DNA of 64,000 nt from Dehalococcoidia bacterium (GTDB taxonomy: Bacteria > Chloroflexota > Dehalococcoidia > Plut-88900), in NCBI GenBank assembly GCA_965197645.1, contig OZ240219.1:1120001-1184000 (forward strand), read 5' to 3'. Shown piece after piece: positions 1 to 9,616 of this stretch (position 1 is the stretch's first letter; each line of letters begins with the position of its first letter). The notes beneath the pieces were generated by a model, which saw only the letters and a program-made list of their open reading frames with translations, ran no database searches and was not told the origin of the DNA. The position numbers and the translations under genes are program-made.

Positions 1-37
1 GCAGGAACATGAGGATTATGAGTATGTACTCGTCCAG
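1..37 (-). CDS. nuoM: 5' end of NADH-quinone oxidoreductase subunit M (partial, runs off the window); probable CTG start
   Basis: Directly downstream of nuoL. Minus strand reads AGGAG-6nt-CTG GAC GAG TAC ATA CTC ATA ATC CTC ATG TTC CTG (xDEYILIILMFL), a hydrophobic N-terminus. Identity is inferred from nuoLMN gene order. Confidence 0.55.
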   Translation of the reverse strand, partial: MDEYILIILMFL

Positions 38-64
38 TTCAGGCTCCTGTTAGCTGTCTTGCAG

Positions 65-1984
65 TCAGTCTGCCAGGGTAACGGCAAGTATGAATATCAG
101 AGAACCGAATACGATAGCCAGGGCGTAGTTGGCGAACTGGCCCGTCTCATGGTACTTGAGCACGTTGCCCGTCTCCCGGACTATGCTCCCCGTGCCGTCG
201 ACGCCGGCATCGTTGACCACGCGCCGGTCGAATATCCCCACGACGTTGGAAAAGGCGAGGAGCACCCTGTCCGTGAGGCCCTGGTACAGGTCGTCCAGAT
301 AGTACTTGTTGGCCAGCAGCTTATGGACCGGAGCAAATCGCCGGGTTACTGATTCGGAGGTGACGAGGCCTCTCCGATAGACGGCCCAGGCTATGCCTAT
401 CCCGACCAGAGCGACTATGGTAGAGCTGGCCGCCAGGCCGAAGTGGGAGTGGAACCGGTCCGACTCAATGGCGAGGTAGCTGGCGAAACCGGTGTAGGGC
501 TCGGGGAGACGGAGGACGTTGTCGAGCCAGTCAGGGGCGGTGAAGCCGAACACCAGGGTTAGAGCGCCGAGGCCCAGCATCGGCACGGCCATCGTCCAGG
601 GCGATTCGTGAGCAGCGGCATTCTCAGATTTGAGCTCTCCGAAGAAGACCAGGAAGCAGAGCCGGGCCATGTACAACGCGCTCAGGAGGACGGCCGCCAG
701 GGCAATGACGGTAACGATGGGGTTCTGATCGTTCCATACGGCCTGGAGGACCTCGTCTTTGCTCCAGAAGCCGCTCAACGGGGGCAGCCCGGCGAGGGCC
801 AGAGAGGCGATGATGAACAGTAGGGCGGTGATGGGCAGCCGTCTCCACAGGCCTCCCAGCTTTCGTATATCTACGTCGTAGTGTTCACCGATGGCGTGAA
901 GGACGCTGCCGGCGCCGAGGAAGAGGAGGGCCTTGAAAAAGCCGTGGGTAACCAGGTGGAATATCCCTGCCGAGAGCCCCCCCGCCCCCAGGGCCATCAT
1001 CATGAACCCCAGCTGGCTAACGGTGGAATAGGCGAGCACCCGTTTGAGATCGGTCATCACCAGTGCCATGGAACCGGCCACGAATGTGGTGATGATACCG
1101 ATTATCAGGACCACCTCCAAAGCTCCGGGCGCCGCCTCGAACAGGGGGAACATCCGGGCTACCAGGTACACCCCGGCGGCCACCATGGTAGCGGCGTGAA
1201 TCAGGGCGCTGACCGGCGTGGGGCCCTCCATGGCGTCGGGGAGCCAGACGTGGAACGGGAACTGGGCCGACTTGCCCGCAGCGCCGAGGAACATCAGCAG
1301 GGCCACCAGAGTCAACGTCCCATCGCCCACCTGCCCCGCTGCTATCGCCTCGAATATGGTGGAGATGTCGAAGGTGTTGGGCTCCACCGATTTGAACAGG
1401 ATGAGGATACCGATGAGCAGGCCCACATCGCCCAGTCTGGTGGTAATGAAGGCCTTCTTGGCCGCCTCGGCTGCGGAGCGCCGCTCGTACCAGAAGCCGA
1501 TGAGCAGGTAGGAGCAGATGCCGACAAGCTCCCAGGCAACGTAGAGCAACAGCAGGTTGTCGGCGAGGACCAACCCCATCATCGAGGCGACGAAGAGGGA
1601 CTGGACGGCGAAGTACCAGCCAAACCGGGAATCGCCGCGCATGTATCCCAGCGAGTACACCTGCACCGCCAGGGAGACGAAGGTGACCAGGCCCAGCATG
1701 AGCACCGATAGGGGATCGATGATCATACCTATTCTGAGGTTGGTAAGCCCGACGTCGAACCAGGTCTTGCTGAAGAATCCGGGTCCGTAGACCATCAGGT
1801 CCCGCAGCACGAACCAGAAGAGCACGAAACCGAAGCCGATGGCCGCCACGGACAACAGAGAGCCCCTTCCCGGAAGGTACCTGTTGAAGAGGCTCAGCAC
1901 GGCGAAGGCGCCCAGACACACAATCGGAGCGAGCCAAGCCCACTCCGCGCCTAGGGTCCCCTGGGATAGTAGGGGCGAGGGCAT
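65..1984 (-). CDS. nuoL: NADH-quinone oxidoreductase subunit L
   Basis: 639 aa polytopic membrane protein with WELVGICSYLLIGFW, GKSAQFPFHVWLPDAMEGPTPVSALIHAATMV and LAYSTVSQLG motifs. Confidence 0.97.
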   Translation of the reverse strand: MPSPLLSQGTLGAEWAWLAPIVCLGAFAVLSLFNRYLPGRGSLLSVAAIGFGFVLFWFVLRDLMVYGPGFFSKTWFDVGLTNLRIGMIIDPLSVLMLGLVTFVSLAVQVYSLGYMRGDSRFGWYFAVQSLFVASMMGLVLADNLLLLYVAWELVGICSYLLIGFWYERRSAAEAAKKAFITTRLGDVGLLIGILILFKSVEPNTFDISTIFEAIAAGQVGDGTLTLVALLMFLGAAGKSAQFPFHVWLPDAMEGPTPVSALIHAATMVAAGVYLVARMFPLFEAAPGALEVVLIIGIITTFVAGSMALVMTDLKRVLAYSTVSQLGFMMMALGAGGLSAGIFHLVTHGFFKALLFLGAGSVLHAIGEHYDVDIRKLGGLWRRLPITALLFIIASLALAGLPPLSGFWSKDEVLQAVWNDQNPIVTVIALAAVLLSALYMARLCFLVFFGELKSENAAAHESPWTMAVPMLGLGALTLVFGFTAPDWLDNVLRLPEPYTGFASYLAIESDRFHSHFGLAASSTIVALVGIGIAWAVYRRGLVTSESVTRRFAPVHKLLANKYYLDDLYQGLTDRVLLAFSNVVGIFDRRVVNDAGVDGTGSIVRETGNVLKYHETGQFANYALAIVFGSLIFILAVTLAD

Positions 1985-1997
1985 ATGGGCTACCTCT

Positions 1998-2318
1998 CTA
2001 CCATTTCATCAGATTGACCTCATCCACGTTCACCGACGCTCGGTTTCGATACAGTCGTAGGATGATGGCCAGTGCGAGACCCACCTCTGCCGCGGCTACA
2101 GTGATGACGAACAGGGCGATTATCATGCCCAGGTGCTGCTCTATACCGCCCTGGGAGTTCAGATAGAGGGAGAAGGCGATCAGGTTGATGTTCACGGCCT
2201 GCAGCATCAGCTCTATGGACATGAGGATGAGGACGGCGTTTCTGCGGGCCAGCACGCCGTATACCCCGATACTGAAGATCGCAGCACTCAGTATGAGGTA
2301 GTACTCTATGTCTATCAT
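1998..2318 (-). CDS. nuoK: NADH-quinone oxidoreductase subunit K
   Basis: MIDIEYY... with SIELML and AAAEVGLAL motifs. The ATG at 2318 overlaps the nuoJ stop (ATGA); the ORF-track start at 2405 is an overextension. Confidence 0.95.
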   Translation of the reverse strand: MIDIEYYLILSAAIFSIGVYGVLARRNAVLILMSIELMLQAVNINLIAFSLYLNSQGGIEQHLGMIIALFVITVAAAEVGLALAIILRLYRNRASVNVDEVNLMKW

Positions 2319-2812
2319 TCTTCCCTGCCCGGTCGGGAGATTACGATAGCGCCGATGAGGGCCACCAGAAGCACGAGGGAGGCCACCTCGAAGGGCACGG
2401 CCCACTGCCGAAAGAGGGTATCCGCAAGCCCGGTGAAGCTGACCCGTTCCGGGTCGTCCCTTGTGCCCGGCCAGTCGCTGACCAGCAGAACGACGGTCAG
2501 CACGGCGAAGATAGCCCCCGCAGCCACCAGTGCCAACGGCTTCTGCGAGTTATCCAGGCTGAAGGGCATCTCCTGGGACCTGGTCAACATCAGTGCAAAC
2601 AGCAGAATAATGGTAATAGCGCCGCCGTATATCAGCACCTGAACGATGGCCAGGAACTCGGCCAGGAGAAGGACGAAGATGCCGGCTACGGCCAGAAGGG
2701 CCAGGATGAGGAACAGGGCGCTGTGCACTACGTTTCGGGAGGCGACCGTGCCCACTGATCCGATTAGCATCAACCCTCCCAGGATGAAGAAGAAGATCAG
2801 GACCACCGACAC
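2315..2812 (-). CDS. nuoJ: NADH-quinone oxidoreductase subunit J
   Basis: AEFLAIVQVLIYGGAI and PFEVASLVLLVALIGAI motifs. The GTG start overlaps the nuoI stop (TAGTG). Confidence 0.93.
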   Translation of the reverse strand: MSVVLIFFFILGGLMLIGSVGTVASRNVVHSALFLILALLAVAGIFVLLLAEFLAIVQVLIYGGAITIILLFALMLTRSQEMPFSLDNSQKPLALVAAGAIFAVLTVVLLVSDWPGTRDDPERVSFTGLADTLFRQWAVPFEVASLVLLVALIGAIVISRPGREE

Positions 2813-3312
2813 TAGGTCTCTTCTCCCTGCTCCGGAGACTCTTCGGCGTTGACGGCGGCGCCCACCGGCCCCATCTTCTCCTCGTAGCGGCGACCCATCT
2901 CGTGAAGGGCGTCCGCATCGACCCACAGGCCGCGACGAGTCTGGTCGCCGATCTCGTGCTCGTGGGTCATGACGATGGCATCGAAGTTACAGACCTCCAC
3001 GCAGATGCCGCAGATGATGCACCGGGAGATGTCCAGTAGAAAGGCGTCGTACATCTTCTTGCGTTTGCTGGTTCCGTCCTGGTACTTTTCGTTGTCCTTC
3101 ATGGTGACGTAGATGCAGTCGGTAGGACAGTAGCGGGCACAGACCTGGCACCCGACGCATTTCGATTCGTCGATTACGTCGTCCCAGAGCAGGCCCGGCG
3201 GGCCCATGAATCGGGGAGCCAGGGGAAGGTGTGTGTCGGGGTACTGGACCGTGACCGGAGACCGGAGCATGGTCCTGAGAGTAGTGGTCAGGCCCTTGAG
3301 TATTCCCTTCAT
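2812..3312 (-). CDS. nuoI: NADH-quinone oxidoreductase subunit I (2x4Fe-4S)
   Basis: TVQYP motif plus CVGCQVCARYCP and CIICGICVEVC ferredoxin motifs. Confidence 0.95.
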   Translation of the reverse strand: MKGILKGLTTTLRTMLRSPVTVQYPDTHLPLAPRFMGPPGLLWDDVIDESKCVGCQVCARYCPTDCIYVTMKDNEKYQDGTSKRKKMYDAFLLDISRCIICGICVEVCNFDAIVMTHEHEIGDQTRRGLWVDADALHEMGRRYEEKMGPVGAAVNAEESPEQGEET

Positions 3313-4400
3313 GCCGCCATCTGCTCCTTGCGAAGTCTAACCATCTCCGTCCTCTTAGCCGCCAACCATTTCTTGCGCAGCCATATTATATAGCTGCCCC
3401 CGACGATCATGCCTAAGGACATGAGGAGCATGGTCCATGAGGGCCAGCCGTAGAACTCGTAGATGCCGGTTACCAGTATGTTGAGGAAGGTCAGTGGAAT
3501 GAGGAACTTCCAGCAGAAGCTCATGAGCTGGTCTATTCGCAGCCTGGGGAGAGTTGCCCGCATCCAAAATATGACGAAGATCACTCCGATTACCTTTATG
3601 GCGAACCAGACCACCGCAGGCAGGAGGGGTCCGCTCCACCCGCCCAGGAACAGGATGGTGGTCAGGGCGGCGATGGCGAAGGTGTTGGCGTACTCGGCGA
3701 GGAAGAACATGGCCCAGTGGATGCCGCTGTACTCGACGAAGGGCCCGCCCACGACCTCCGATTCGGCCGTGGGGATATCGAAGGGGGTCCTTCCCAGCTC
3801 GGCGAGACCGGCGATCAGGAAGACCACAAAGCCCAGCGGCTGCAGGTAGATGAAGGGATAGTCGCCCTGGCCCTCCACGATCTGCCGCATGTCCAGGGTG
3901 CCGGTGGTCATCACGATGGCCAGGGCTATCAGGATGATGGGTATCTCGTAGCTGATGAGCTGGGCCGCAGCCCGGGCGGCTCCGAGGAGGGCGTACTTGT
4001 TGTTGGAGCCCCACCCGGCCATGACCATCCCCACGATCGATACCACCGATACGGCGATGATGTAGAAGATGCCGAACTCCATGTTCCTTACGACCAGGTC
4101 CTTGGTGAAGGGGATGGTGATCCAGATGGCGAAGGCAGGCACGAAGACTACCAGGGGCGCCACCCAGAACACGATGCGGTCTTTGACCGATGGCACAACG
4201 TCCTCTTTCACCATCAGCTTGATGGCGTCGGCTATCGGTTGGAAGGTACCGTGAAAGCCGGTCCTCATCGGCCCCATGCGCCTCTGAATGCGACCCAGGG
4301 CCTTCCTCTCCAGGTAGGTCAGGGCCAGCACCACCACGCTAATCAGCAGGATCAGAATGCCGACTTTGAGAACGGTAAGGCCTACGTCCACCCAGCTCAT
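3309..4400 (-). CDS. nuoH: NADH-quinone oxidoreductase subunit H
   Basis: ERKALGRIQRRMGP, QPIADAIKL, RTPFDIPTAESE and LPRLRIDQL motifs. The ATG at 4400 overlaps the nuoD stop. Confidence 0.96.
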   Translation of the reverse strand: MSWVDVGLTVLKVGILILLISVVVLALTYLERKALGRIQRRMGPMRTGFHGTFQPIADAIKLMVKEDVVPSVKDRIVFWVAPLVVFVPAFAIWITIPFTKDLVVRNMEFGIFYIIAVSVVSIVGMVMAGWGSNNKYALLGAARAAAQLISYEIPIILIALAIVMTTGTLDMRQIVEGQGDYPFIYLQPLGFVVFLIAGLAELGRTPFDIPTAESEVVGGPFVEYSGIHWAMFFLAEYANTFAIAALTTILFLGGWSGPLLPAVVWFAIKVIGVIFVIFWMRATLPRLRIDQLMSFCWKFLIPLTFLNILVTGIYEFYGWPSWTMLLMSLGMIVGGSYIIWLRKKWLAAKRTEMVRLRKEQMAA

Positions 4401-5509
4401 CGATCGACGTCTCCCAGGACTATGTCTATGGAGCCGAGGATGACTACGGCGTCGGCTATATAGGCGCCCTTCAGCATATGTCGCAGGGCCATCAGATTGG
4501 CGAAGGACGGGGTCCTCATCTTGATGCGGTGAGGCTTGTCCCTGCCACTGCCCACCAGATAGACGCCCATCTCGCCGCGGGGGTTCTCTGTGCGGACGTA
4601 GACATCGTTTGCGGGGGCCCGCAGGGTGCGGGGCGTTTTGGCCATGACTGGACCGCCGGGTATCTTGGCCCGGGCCTGTTTGACTATCTTGATCGACTCC
4701 CACATCTCGGCCATGCGCACCAGGTACCGGTCGTAGCAGTCGCCGTTCAGGCCCGTGGGCACATCGAAATCGAACTCCGGGTAAACGGAGTAAGGCTCGG
4801 TCTTTCTCAGGTCCATGGCTACGCCGGTGGCCCGCAGGTTGGGGCCGCTCATGCCATAGTCGATGGCGGTCTCGGCGTCGATTATCCCGACACCAAGGGT
4901 CCTCTCGAGGAAGACCTCGTTCTCATTGAGGAGGTCCTGGCACTCGATGATACCCTTTTCCAGGGCGGGGAACAGATCGTCCAACCGGTTGTTGAAGTCG
5001 TCGGGCAGGTCCTGGAAGACGCCGCCGACACGAAAGAAGCCGTGCATCATCCGGGCGCCGCTGACCGATTCAAAGACGGACTGTATGTGCTCCCTCTCCT
5101 TGAATCCGTACAGAAAGGGCGTGAGGGCGCCGCAGTCTCCGCCGAAGGCGCCGTAGAACATCAGGTGACTGGCTATCCGGTTCAGCTCACACATTATGAT
5201 CCTGATGTACTGGGCGCGTTCCGGGACCTCCAGGCCCATCAGCTTTTCCACCGCCATCACGTAGGGGAGCTCGTTGTTGAAGGAGGAGAGGTAGTCCAGC
5301 CGATCGAAGAGATCGATGATTTGGCGATAGTCCTCGGCCTCGCACAGCTTCTCAGACCCCCTGTGCAGGTAACCGATGTGGGGCTCCAGATCGGCGATCA
5401 GCTCTCCGTCCACCGTCAACAGCATGCGGAACACGCCGTGGGTACTGGGGTGCTGGGGCCCCATGTTGATCATCATGTCGACGGTCTCGAGGTGCTGCTC
5501 GGTGGTCAC
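4397..5509 (-). CDS. nuoD: NADH-quinone oxidoreductase subunit D
   Basis: NMGPQHPSTHGV, GYLHRG and C-terminal GSIDIVLGDVDR. No NiFe CxxC motifs. Confidence 0.96.
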   Translation of the reverse strand: MTTEQHLETVDMMINMGPQHPSTHGVFRMLLTVDGELIADLEPHIGYLHRGSEKLCEAEDYRQIIDLFDRLDYLSSFNNELPYVMAVEKLMGLEVPERAQYIRIIMCELNRIASHLMFYGAFGGDCGALTPFLYGFKEREHIQSVFESVSGARMMHGFFRVGGVFQDLPDDFNNRLDDLFPALEKGIIECQDLLNENEVFLERTLGVGIIDAETAIDYGMSGPNLRATGVAMDLRKTEPYSVYPEFDFDVPTGLNGDCYDRYLVRMAEMWESIKIVKQARAKIPGGPVMAKTPRTLRAPANDVYVRTENPRGEMGVYLVGSGRDKPHRIKMRTPSFANLMALRHMLKGAYIADAVVILGSIDIVLGDVDR

Positions 5510-6030
5510 TGCGGCACCTCGATGTCGTCGGGTATCTCAATTTCGGCGAAGGGATACTCTTTCCGGCCCGGGTAGCCTTCGAACCCGTCCCAGAGGAGCA
5601 GGTGCTTGGGATTGGGATGACCTTCGAAGATGACCCCGAACAGCTCGGCGCCCTCCCGTTCGTACCACTCGGCGCCGCGCCAGACGGGAGTGACCGAGGC
5701 GAACACCGGGTTGTCCTTGGGGGCGCTGGCCTTCACCACCGCCGTGTGGCCCTGTCCAGTGGAGTAGAGATGCAACACTACCTGGAACTCGTCGTCATGC
5801 TCCACAACGGACAGGCAGCGCATGAAATCGAACCGGAGAGTCGAGTCATCCTTTGCCAGCTGGGCGAAATCGCGTAGGCTGAGGGGGTCGATGGTCAACT
5901 CCACTCCGTCCATGCCGACGGTGATGCCGGGGTTGAATCGAGAGAAGGTCCGCTCCAGGGTCTGGACGTACTCCTGGGTGCGAGGGTCCAGTTCCCTTCC
6001 TTCGTCCTGTTCCGTTTCCTTCTTGGCCAT
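5506..6030 (-). CDS. nuoC: NADH-quinone oxidoreductase subunit C
   Basis: AEWYEREGAELFGVIFEGHP...GYPGRKEYP, the 30-kDa subunit signature. Confidence 0.93.
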   Translation of the reverse strand: MAKKETEQDEGRELDPRTQEYVQTLERTFSRFNPGITVGMDGVELTIDPLSLRDFAQLAKDDSTLRFDFMRCLSVVEHDDEFQVVLHLYSTGQGHTAVVKASAPKDNPVFASVTPVWRGAEWYEREGAELFGVIFEGHPNPKHLLLWDGFEGYPGRKEYPFAEIEIPDDIEVPQ

Positions 6031-6552
6031 CTAATCGTTACCGGCGTCTTCGCTCTCGCTCATGATCTTCTCTTGAAGCTTGATCAGGCCGTCCATCAGG
6101 GCTTCGGGGCGAGGAGGACAGCCGGGGATGTAGATGTCCACCGGCACTATGTGGTCGACTCCCATCACCACCGAGTAGGACTTCTGATAGGGCCCTCCGG
6201 CGCTGGCGCAGCTTCCCATGGCTATGACCCACTTGGGAGAGGGCATCTGTTCATAGAGCAGCTTTATCGGCTCCTCCATCTTCTTGACCACGGTGCCCGC
6301 CACGATCATCACGTCTGATTGTCGGGGCGACGGCCAGGTAACTATGCCGAACCGGTCCAGATCGTGGTGGGACATGAAGGTGCTCATCATCTCGATGGCA
6401 CAGCAGGCCAGGCCGAACTGCAAAGGCCACAGCGATGATTTTCTGGCCATGGCGAACAGCTTCTCGGCCTTGGCGGTTATCACCCCAGGCGCGGCGGTCT
6501 TGAACAGGCTCTTGCCCGGCCAGTTCCGGCCTTGGCCGGATTCTATTTCCAT
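6031..6552 (-). CDS. nuoB: NADH-quinone oxidoreductase subunit B
   Basis: [21 protein letters not shown] and [10 protein letters not shown] motifs. Start placed at MEIESG, overlapping the nuoA end. Confidence 0.95.
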   Translation of the reverse strand: MEIESGQGRNWPGKSLFKTAAPGVITAKAEKLFAMARKSSLWPLQFGLACCAIEMMSTFMSHHDLDRFGIVTWPSPRQSDVMIVAGTVVKKMEEPIKLLYEQMPSPKWVIAMGSCASAGGPYQKSYSVVMGVDHIVPVDIYIPGCPPRPEALMDGLIKLQEKIMSESEDAGND

Positions 6553-6911
6553 TGGAGGACACCCTTTCGCCAGGCGTATATCAGGCCGAAGAAGAGGATT
6601 GCGATGAACAGGATCATCTCGTAGAACAGTATGGCGCCGCCGCTTTTGAATATGACCGCCCACGGGAACAGAAAGACCGCTTCGACATCGAAGATGAGGA
6701 ACAGAATGGCGAATATGTAGTACCTGATGTGGATCTGCGACCAGAAGCGGCCCACCGGAGGAATGCCGCATTCGTAAGGCGTGTCTTTGGCCGCGGACTT
6801 GTGCTTCGGGGCCAGGATGTACGACATGGCGAAGGAAAATAGGACCAGGCCCACGCCCACTATGGTGGCGATGAGTACGGCCGTGTAGTCCAGCGAGTAG
6901 TCGGCAGGCAT
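6543..6911 (-). CDS. nuoA: NADH-quinone oxidoreductase subunit A
   Basis: [20 protein letters not shown] and WRKGVLQW motifs. Confidence 0.96.
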   Translation of the reverse strand: MPADYSLDYTAVLIATIVGVGLVLFSFAMSYILAPKHKSAAKDTPYECGIPPVGRFWSQIHIRYYIFAILFLIFDVEAVFLFPWAVIFKSGGAILFYEMILFIAILFFGLIYAWRKGVLQWK

Positions 6912-6961
6912 AGCTCGCCCCTTCTTATGTTATAGGGCTACGCAGGCGAGGACGGAAGAGC

Positions 6962-6970
6962 ATTATAGCA
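6962..6970 (-). promoter_or_regulatory. Extended -10 element (TGcTATAAT) upstream of the nuo operon
   Basis: Minus strand TGCTATAAT about 50 nt upstream of the nuoA ATG. Confidence 0.5.
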
Positions 6971-6975
6971 TAGGC

Positions 6976-7305
6976 TCACGATATCAACGCCCTGACAAAC
7001 AGGCCCAGCCCCCACCCCAGCAACAAGGAGGGTACCATCCCTATGGCCGGCCTGGGATTTCTCTCCGGCTTCTGGTCCCCTTCGTAGTAGAGACGCACGA
7101 TGGCGACCAGGACCACTACAGCAATGATGTAGGCCGAGACGGTGGTCACCTTCAGGACTACGCCCAGCACGAATCCGGCTGCGAGCCAGGCCATAAGCTC
7201 TAGCTCGGCGCGGCCCAAGTGGCCCCAGCTGTCGGCGGGACGCCTTGCTGGCCCGGGAGTTGCTTTGGACCGGTCCTGCTCCGTCTCTTGTGATTGCTCG
7301 GTCAT
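6976..7305 (-). CDS. Small hypothetical membrane protein (about 3 TM segments)
   Basis: 109 aa with three hydrophobic stretches, GGAG upstream, co-oriented between tmk and nuoA. Confidence 0.65.
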   Translation of the reverse strand: MTEQSQETEQDRSKATPGPARRPADSWGHLGRAELELMAWLAAGFVLGVVLKVTTVSAYIIAVVVLVAIVRLYYEGDQKPERNPRPAIGMVPSLLLGWGLGLFVRALIS

Positions 7306-7322
7306 GGGGTATCTGCTCCAGA

Positions 7323-8003
7323 TCAGGCAAGAGCGGGCGCAAGCACCGATTCTACCTTTTCCCAGATGGCTTCCCTTACATCTTCCTGGGACCTGCTGGC
7401 GTCGACTATCACCCAGCGGTCCGGTTCTTCCTCGGCCAGCTTCAGGTAGCCCTGCCGCACCCGCATGTGGAACTCCATCGCCTCCTCCTCGAACTTGCGC
7501 TGGTTTTCGTCATCCTGCCGGCCCCCGATTTGCGGAGCGCTTTCGTCCAAGGACAGTCTAACCTGGATGGGGCTCAGCCGTTTCAGGGCATCTTCAGGTT
7601 CTACGTCCATGAACAGGGTCAGATCGGGCATGACCTGCTGAGTGGCGATGGTGTTAATGGCCCGCACCTGTTCCAGGCTGAGACGACGGCCGTATCCCTG
7701 GTATGCCGTCGTAGAGTCCACGTACCTATCGGTAACGACGATGATCCCTGCCTTGAGCGAGGGCTTGATCACGGTTGAGACCAGTTCGGCTCGTGCTGCA
7801 GAGAAGAGGAAGAGCTCGGCGCTGTAGGACATGGAGATCTCCCCCTTGATCAGAGGCCTCAGCCGTTCGGCGAGCACCGTGCCGCCGGGCTCGTGGACCA
7901 GAAGACATTTGTATCCCTGCTCCGTCAACCGGTCCCTGAGCAACTGGGCTTGGGTGGTCTTTCCTGTGCCTTCGCCACCCTCGAAGGAGATGAACAAGCT
8001 CAA
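7323..8003 (-). CDS. tmk: Thymidylate kinase
   Basis: FEGGEGTGKTT P-loop, EPGG, DRY and AYQG motifs; TTG start with AGGAG. Confidence 0.96.
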   Translation of the reverse strand: MSLFISFEGGEGTGKTTQAQLLRDRLTEQGYKCLLVHEPGGTVLAERLRPLIKGEISMSYSAELFLFSAARAELVSTVIKPSLKAGIIVVTDRYVDSTTAYQGYGRRLSLEQVRAINTIATQQVMPDLTLFMDVEPEDALKRLSPIQVRLSLDESAPQIGGRQDDENQRKFEEEAMEFHMRVRQGYLKLAEEEPDRWVIVDASRSQEDVREAIWEKVESVLAPALA

Positions 8004-8074
8004 AGCGTCTCCTGCCGCGGTAGTCCCAAGAGAATATACCAGATTGAGGGGTAATGAACGAGGAGAATATGCGG

Positions 8075-9601
8075 TTAGCCGGACAGGTCTACGGCTTTCA
8101 TCAAATGGACTCTGCGGGAAGGCTCGCTGCCGCTGCTGCGAGAGAGTAGGTTGGAGCGCTCCGCTACCAGGTGCTGCAGCCTGCGAATGAAAGCGCTCTG
8201 CGGACTGAGCTCCACGGAATCAGCGCCGTCCAGTATCTTGTCAACGGCTTTCTCGGCCTCTTGGATTGCGGTGTTTATGGAATCGGAGGGCCGGTCCAGG
8301 CCGTACATGGTGGCCAGGGACTGCTGGATCTGGGGCATGCTGCTGCGACGCAGGACGAAGATGGGAATGCCCTCGGCTTCGGCGGCCCGAAGAGTCTGGG
8401 GCCGCTTTCTGTAGTAGGTCTTGGTGGTCATTATGATATCGGCGTCACGGATGCTGTTCACCACCGAGACGGGGAGCTTCATCTTCTTGACCATGTCTTC
8501 CAGCCGGCTGCGGTTTACTCCGAAGGGGTATATCCGGGAGGAGGCAGAGGTTGTTTGGAGGGTCTCCAGTGGGGCATTGACGGTGGTGGGAGCCTCGGCG
8601 CCCGACTCCTTGCGGACCTGCCCCTCGGTGTCCAGCCAGCGCTCCTCGGGAGGCAGGGGACGCTGCCGCAGGATGGCGTCGACGGTCTTGGCCACCTCTG
8701 GGTGGACGGCGACCTTCTCCCAATTCTGGATCTCGACGACGATGTCGAAGGTAGGCGGTGCTTTGCGTTCCAGGATCGATTTCTGGGTCCGACGTCGCCT
8801 CGCTTCTTCGTCTCCCAGGGTCACCGACTGAATGCCGCCGACCAGATCGGATAGGGTGGGATTCATAATCAGGTTTTCCAGGGTGTTGCCGTGGGCCGTA
8901 GCCACCAACTGCACGCCCCGTTCGGCGATGGTCCGGGCGGCGGAGGCCTCGAGCTCGACGCCGATCTCATCGATGATTATGACCTGGGGCATGTGGTTCT
9001 CCACGGCCTCTATCATCACGGCGTGCTGGAGGAGGGGGGTGGGTACCTGCATCCGTCGCGCAGGGCCGATGGCCGGATGAGGGATATCGCCGTCGCCGGC
9101 GATCTCGTTGGACGTATCGACGATTATCACCCGCTTCTTCATATCGTCGGCGAGGACGCGGGCAACCTCTCTCAGCATGGTCGTTTTGCCGACTCCGGGC
9201 CGTCCCAGAAGGAGAATGCTCTTGCCGGACTCGACCAGGTCCTGGATGATGCCGATGGTACCGTGCACGGCCCGGCCCACCCGGGAGGTTAGGCCTACGA
9301 TACCGCCTTTTCGGTTGCGAATGGCGGAAATCCGGTGCAGGGTCCTCTCGATGCCGGCCCGATTATCATCGCCGAACGTGCCGGTCCGGCTCACAACGTA
9401 ATCGATGTCCTCTCCTGTGACTTCTCGTTCGGCGAGGGTGATCTCTGCAGTGGCGAACCGGGCTTCGGGCAGGCGGCCCAGGTCCAGGACGACCTCCAGC
9501 AAGTCGCTGCTGTCGGCGCGGTCTCGCAAGGGGTTCTGCAGATGGGGCGGTAGGACGTCGAAGAGGGCATCCAGGTCGTCAGTGATCTGCTTTTCGATCA
9601 A
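8075..9601 (-). CDS. SpoIIIAA/Ycf45-like AAA ATPase with C-terminal R3H domain
   Basis: Walker A GRPGVGKT, VDTSNEIAGDG, IDEIG, ATAHG; C-terminal PQSAFIRRLQH (R3H). Confidence 0.9.
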   Translation of the reverse strand: MIEKQITDDLDALFDVLPPHLQNPLRDRADSSDLLEVVLDLGRLPEARFATAEITLAEREVTGEDIDYVVSRTGTFGDDNRAGIERTLHRISAIRNRKGGIVGLTSRVGRAVHGTIGIIQDLVESGKSILLLGRPGVGKTTMLREVARVLADDMKKRVIIVDTSNEIAGDGDIPHPAIGPARRMQVPTPLLQHAVMIEAVENHMPQVIIIDEIGVELEASAARTIAERGVQLVATAHGNTLENLIMNPTLSDLVGGIQSVTLGDEEARRRRTQKSILERKAPPTFDIVVEIQNWEKVAVHPEVAKTVDAILRQRPLPPEERWLDTEGQVRKESGAEAPTTVNAPLETLQTTSASSRIYPFGVNRSRLEDMVKKMKLPVSVVNSIRDADIIMTTKTYYRKRPQTLRAAEAEGIPIFVLRRSSMPQIQQSLATMYGLDRPSDSINTAIQEAEKAVDKILDGADSVELSPQSAFIRRLQHLVAERSNLLSRSSGSEPSRRVHLMKAVDLSG

Positions 9602-9616
9602 AGGGGGTCTCTCCGG

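Noticed and set aside
4478-5575. Long antisense ORFs (also 14368-15192, 53986-55047, 56165-57292, 60255-61667 and others)
   Set aside because: They shadow well-identified genes, lack motifs, and are expected from high-GC codon bias.
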